In this document: positions 52,353 to 54,300 of the stretch, piece by piece | Position numbering within the stretch: the stretch's first letter is position 1 | How the letters are laid out: every line of letters begins with the position of its first letter | From: Frankiales bacterium | Lineage (GTDB): Bacteria; Actinomycetota; Actinomycetes; Mycobacteriales; SCTD01 | Assembly (NCBI GenBank): GCA_025965755.1 | Contig: JAOPWI010000214.1 | Coordinates: forward strand, 1 to 54,300 | Length of the DNA: 54,300 nt | Direction: 5' to 3' | Translations under genes and position numbers: made by a program | Notes under the pieces: generated by a model | Databases searched by the model: none | What the model saw: only the letters and a program-made list of their open reading frames with translations | Told to the model about the DNA's origin: nothing

Positions 52353-54300
52353 CTACCGCGCGGCGTCGTAGAGCGCGTCCGCGCGGGCCAGGTCGGCCGG
52401 CAGGGGTACGCCGTCACGGGCCAGCGCGTCGGCCAGCCCACCGACGCTGCCGGGGTCGGTCGCGGCGGCCGTCCAGCCGGCGACCGGCGCGCCGGGCACC
52501 ACCGTCGTGGGCTGCACCGGTGGCGCGCTCGACGCTCCGGCGACGGCCTTCGCCTGCCGGGCCGCGGCGCTGTCGGCCGGGAGCGGCTGCAGGTCCGCCT
52601 GCCCGCGGTCCTCGCCCGGCAGCACCACCAGGGCACTCGGCACGGCCCGCTCGCGGCCGTCCGAGGGGCGGTTGCCCTGCAGCCCGTTGACCACCATGGT
52701 GGAGGAGCCGCCGCCATCGAGGTTGATGGCGTCGCGGGCGCCCAACGTCGCCATGAAGTCGGCCAGCTCGCCCAGCGTCATGCCGGCGCTGTAGGAGCCC
52801 TGCCGCCCGTCGACGACCACCAGCAGCATCCGGCCGTCCCCGGTGACACCGACTGCGGTGCGCGGGTTGCGGGCGAAGAAGGCTCCGGACCCCGACAGGT
52901 CCTGGCTCTGGCGGACTCCGTCCTGGATCAGCAGCGGGTTGCCGCCCAGCACGTCCACCGCACCCGGAAAGCCCAGGTGCTGGGTCATCGGCACGCTCTG
53001 CCCGGCGCGCAGCGAGCGGATGAGCGCCTCAGCTCCCGTCAGCGGCTGACCCGCGAGGACCGTGGTCGAGGGCCCGATGAAGGGCGCCCTGCCGTAGCAG
53101 CGGGTTCCCGTCACCTGCAGGTCGGTCTCCACGCCACCGTCCGGGTCCACCCGGCGCGGACCCGTGGTGCCGCCCGCGTAGCAGGCGTCGTCCGGAGGGG
53201 TGTCCAGGCCGGCCCCCACGCCGGTGAACCCGGCGAGCTCGTCGCCGGACGGCGCGCCGGAGTTCCACCGGGTGAGCACGGTGGAGGTGGCCGGATCCGG
53301 CCGCAGGACGACCCGGGTGTCGGGGAAGCCCATCCGCACCTGCGTGCCGGTCAGGTCCAGCGAGAAGGCGCGGCCGAGCAGCTGCGGCGTCTGCAGCAGG
53401 CGGCCGTCCGCGGCCATGGCGTGCACCGGACGGCCGCTGGACAGGCCGTAGTCCGCGTTGATGGCGAGCGGCGCGCCGGTGCGCCGCGCCATCGACGTGG
53501 TGGGCTCGAACGCTGGCAGGTCGTCGCCGGCGAGCACGGCGTCCGGCGTGGACGCGGCGAGGAGGTCGACCGTCGCGACGTGCGCGACGGACTCGCCGGT
53601 GCGCACCACCCGGTGGGTCACCCCGGGCGCCAGCCCCGGCGTACGCCGGACGACCGGCAGGTCTCCGGTCGTCCCGAGCACCGTGGTCTGGTGCGTGCCG
53701 AAGCCGTTGCCCTGCTTGAAGAACCACGTGCCGTTGCGGAACACGCCGGGCGTGTCCCGGCCGTCGTGGTCCCAGTCGCCGGCGACCGGCCGGTCCCCCG
53801 CCACGCCGAACACGAAGGTGCGGCTGCTCGGGCCCCCCGTGGCGCTGTCGCGCTGGTACCAGCGGGCCCCGCGGCGTACCGCGATGTCGGTGCGGCCGTC
53901 GGCGCTCCAGTCCCCGACCACGGCGACGTCACCCGGCTGGCCGAAGCCGAACACGCGCGCGGGAGCCGGCGATGACGCGTTCGACGCGCGCAGGTACCAG
54001 CGCCCGCCCCGGAACACGCCGAGCGTGTCGACGCCGTCGCCATCCCAGTCGCCGAGCACGGGCTGGTCGCCTCTGAGGCCGAAGCGCACCGTGCGCGCCG
54101 GCCCCTGCGGGCTCTCCCGCAGCACCCAGACGCCGTCGCGGAACAGGCTCAGCGAGTCCTCGCCGTTCCCGTCCGTGTCACCGGCGACGGGCCGCCAGCC
54201 GGAGCCCCCCTCGGCGTACGACCGGGCGGTGCCCCCCGCCAGGCTGTCCCGCAGCAACCAGGTGTCGCCCCGGCGCACGCCGATCCGGTCGTAGCCGAGC
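52353..54300 (-). CDS. Secreted protein with FG-GAP/VCBS-like repeats and a C-terminal phosphodiester glycosidase (NAGPA/DUF2233-like) domain; 5' end outside window
   Basis: At least four repeats of GDWDGDG.D..GVFR.G.W.LR. C-terminal region ..AINADYG.. and VGVTGDGRMLLVVVDGRQ..GMTL.ELA..M..LGARDAINLDGGGSSTM. The reading frame stays open to nt 54300. Confidence 0.75.
   Translation of the reverse strand, partial: LGYDRIGVRRGDTWLLRDSLAGGTARSYAEGGSGWRPVAGDTDGNGEDSLSLFRDGVWVLRESPQGPARTVRFGLRGDQPVLGDWDGDGVDTLGVFRGGRWYLRASNASSPAPARVFGFGQPGDVAVVGDWSADGRTDIAVRRGARWYQRDSATGGPSSRTFVFGVAGDRPVAGDWDHDGRDTPGVFRNGTWFFKQGNGFGTHQTTVLGTTGDLPVVRRTPGLAPGVTHRVVRTGESVAHVATVDLLAASTPDAVLAGDDLPAFEPTTSMARRTGAPLAINADYGLSSGRPVHAMAADGRLLQTPQLLGRAFSLDLTGTQVRMGFPDTRVVLRPDPATSTVLTRWNSGAPSGDELAGFTGVGAGLDTPPDDACYAGGTTGPRRVDPDGGVETDLQVTGTRCYGRAPFIGPSTTVLAGQPLTGAEALIRSLRAGQSVPMTQHLGFPGAVDVLGGNPLLIQDGVRQSQDLSGSGAFFARNPRTAVGVTGDGRMLLVVVDGRQGSYSAGMTLGELADFMATLGARDAINLDGGGSSTMVVNGLQGNRPSDGRERAVPSALVVLPGEDRGQADLQPLPADSAAARQAKAVAGASSAPPVQPTTVVPGAPVAGWTAAATDPGSVGGLADALARDGVPLPADLARADALYDAAR

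Noticed and set aside
1-54300. CRISPR arrays, transposases, integrases, toxin-antitoxin or recognisable phage-defence genes
   Set aside because: None found on either strand. The only repeats seen are the short tandem duplications at 8749-8768 and 30176-30211, plus operator-like palindromes.

Overview
High-GC (about 72-74%) actinobacterial chromosomal segment. It is gene-dense and dominated by long minus-strand operons. I saw no transposase, integrase, prophage genes or CRISPR array.

Main blocks:
(1) 1-1.4 kb: 3' end of an acyl-CoA carboxylase alpha subunit, two small Cys-rich proteins and tRNA-Lys(CTT).
(2) 1.9-7.8 kb: alkane-hydroxylase operon (AlkB-rubredoxin fusion, 3Fe-4S ferredoxin, ferredoxin reductase, GMC oxidoreductase) with a divergent PucR-type regulator.
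(3) 7.9-10.7 kb: decayed ABC ATPase relic plus a GAF-histidine kinase / LuxR response regulator pair that resembles DevS/DevR.
(4) 10.7-25.0 kb: a 12-gene, almost fully translationally coupled Mce lipid-transport operon. It runs yrbEA, yrbEB, Mkl-type ATPase, six Mce proteins, and unusually ends in an MMPL/RND-like protein, a membrane-anchored parvulin PPIase and a 2-TM peptide.
(5) 25.6-30.2 kb: OmpR-type two-component system with an ABC-2 exporter and a lipoprotein.
(6) 31.0-39.6 kb: a signalling cluster. It holds a REC + degenerate HD-GYP protein, REC-HDOD-REC, a soluble HNOBA-type histidine kinase, and a 1407-aa PAS-GAF-PAS-PAS-GGDEF(degenerate)-EAL-GAF-pseudokinase protein. This is my best candidate for an undescribed system.
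(7) 39.7-44.3 kb: glutamine-synthetase-like ligase, Lrp regulator and a secreted amidase.
(8) 44.5-52.2 kb: stress or dormancy-like genes (cold-shock-domain protein, tandem USP, CBS pair, TetR, membrane protein, Zn-ADH, cupin remnant, P-type ATPase) with a DosR-type palindrome.
(9) 52.4 kb to the end: FG-GAP-like repeat / phosphodiester glycosidase protein, 5' end outside the window.

All calls rest on reading the supplied translations and the DNA by eye. No database search was possible. Start codons were chosen from Shine-Dalgarno-like sequences and stop/start overlaps.
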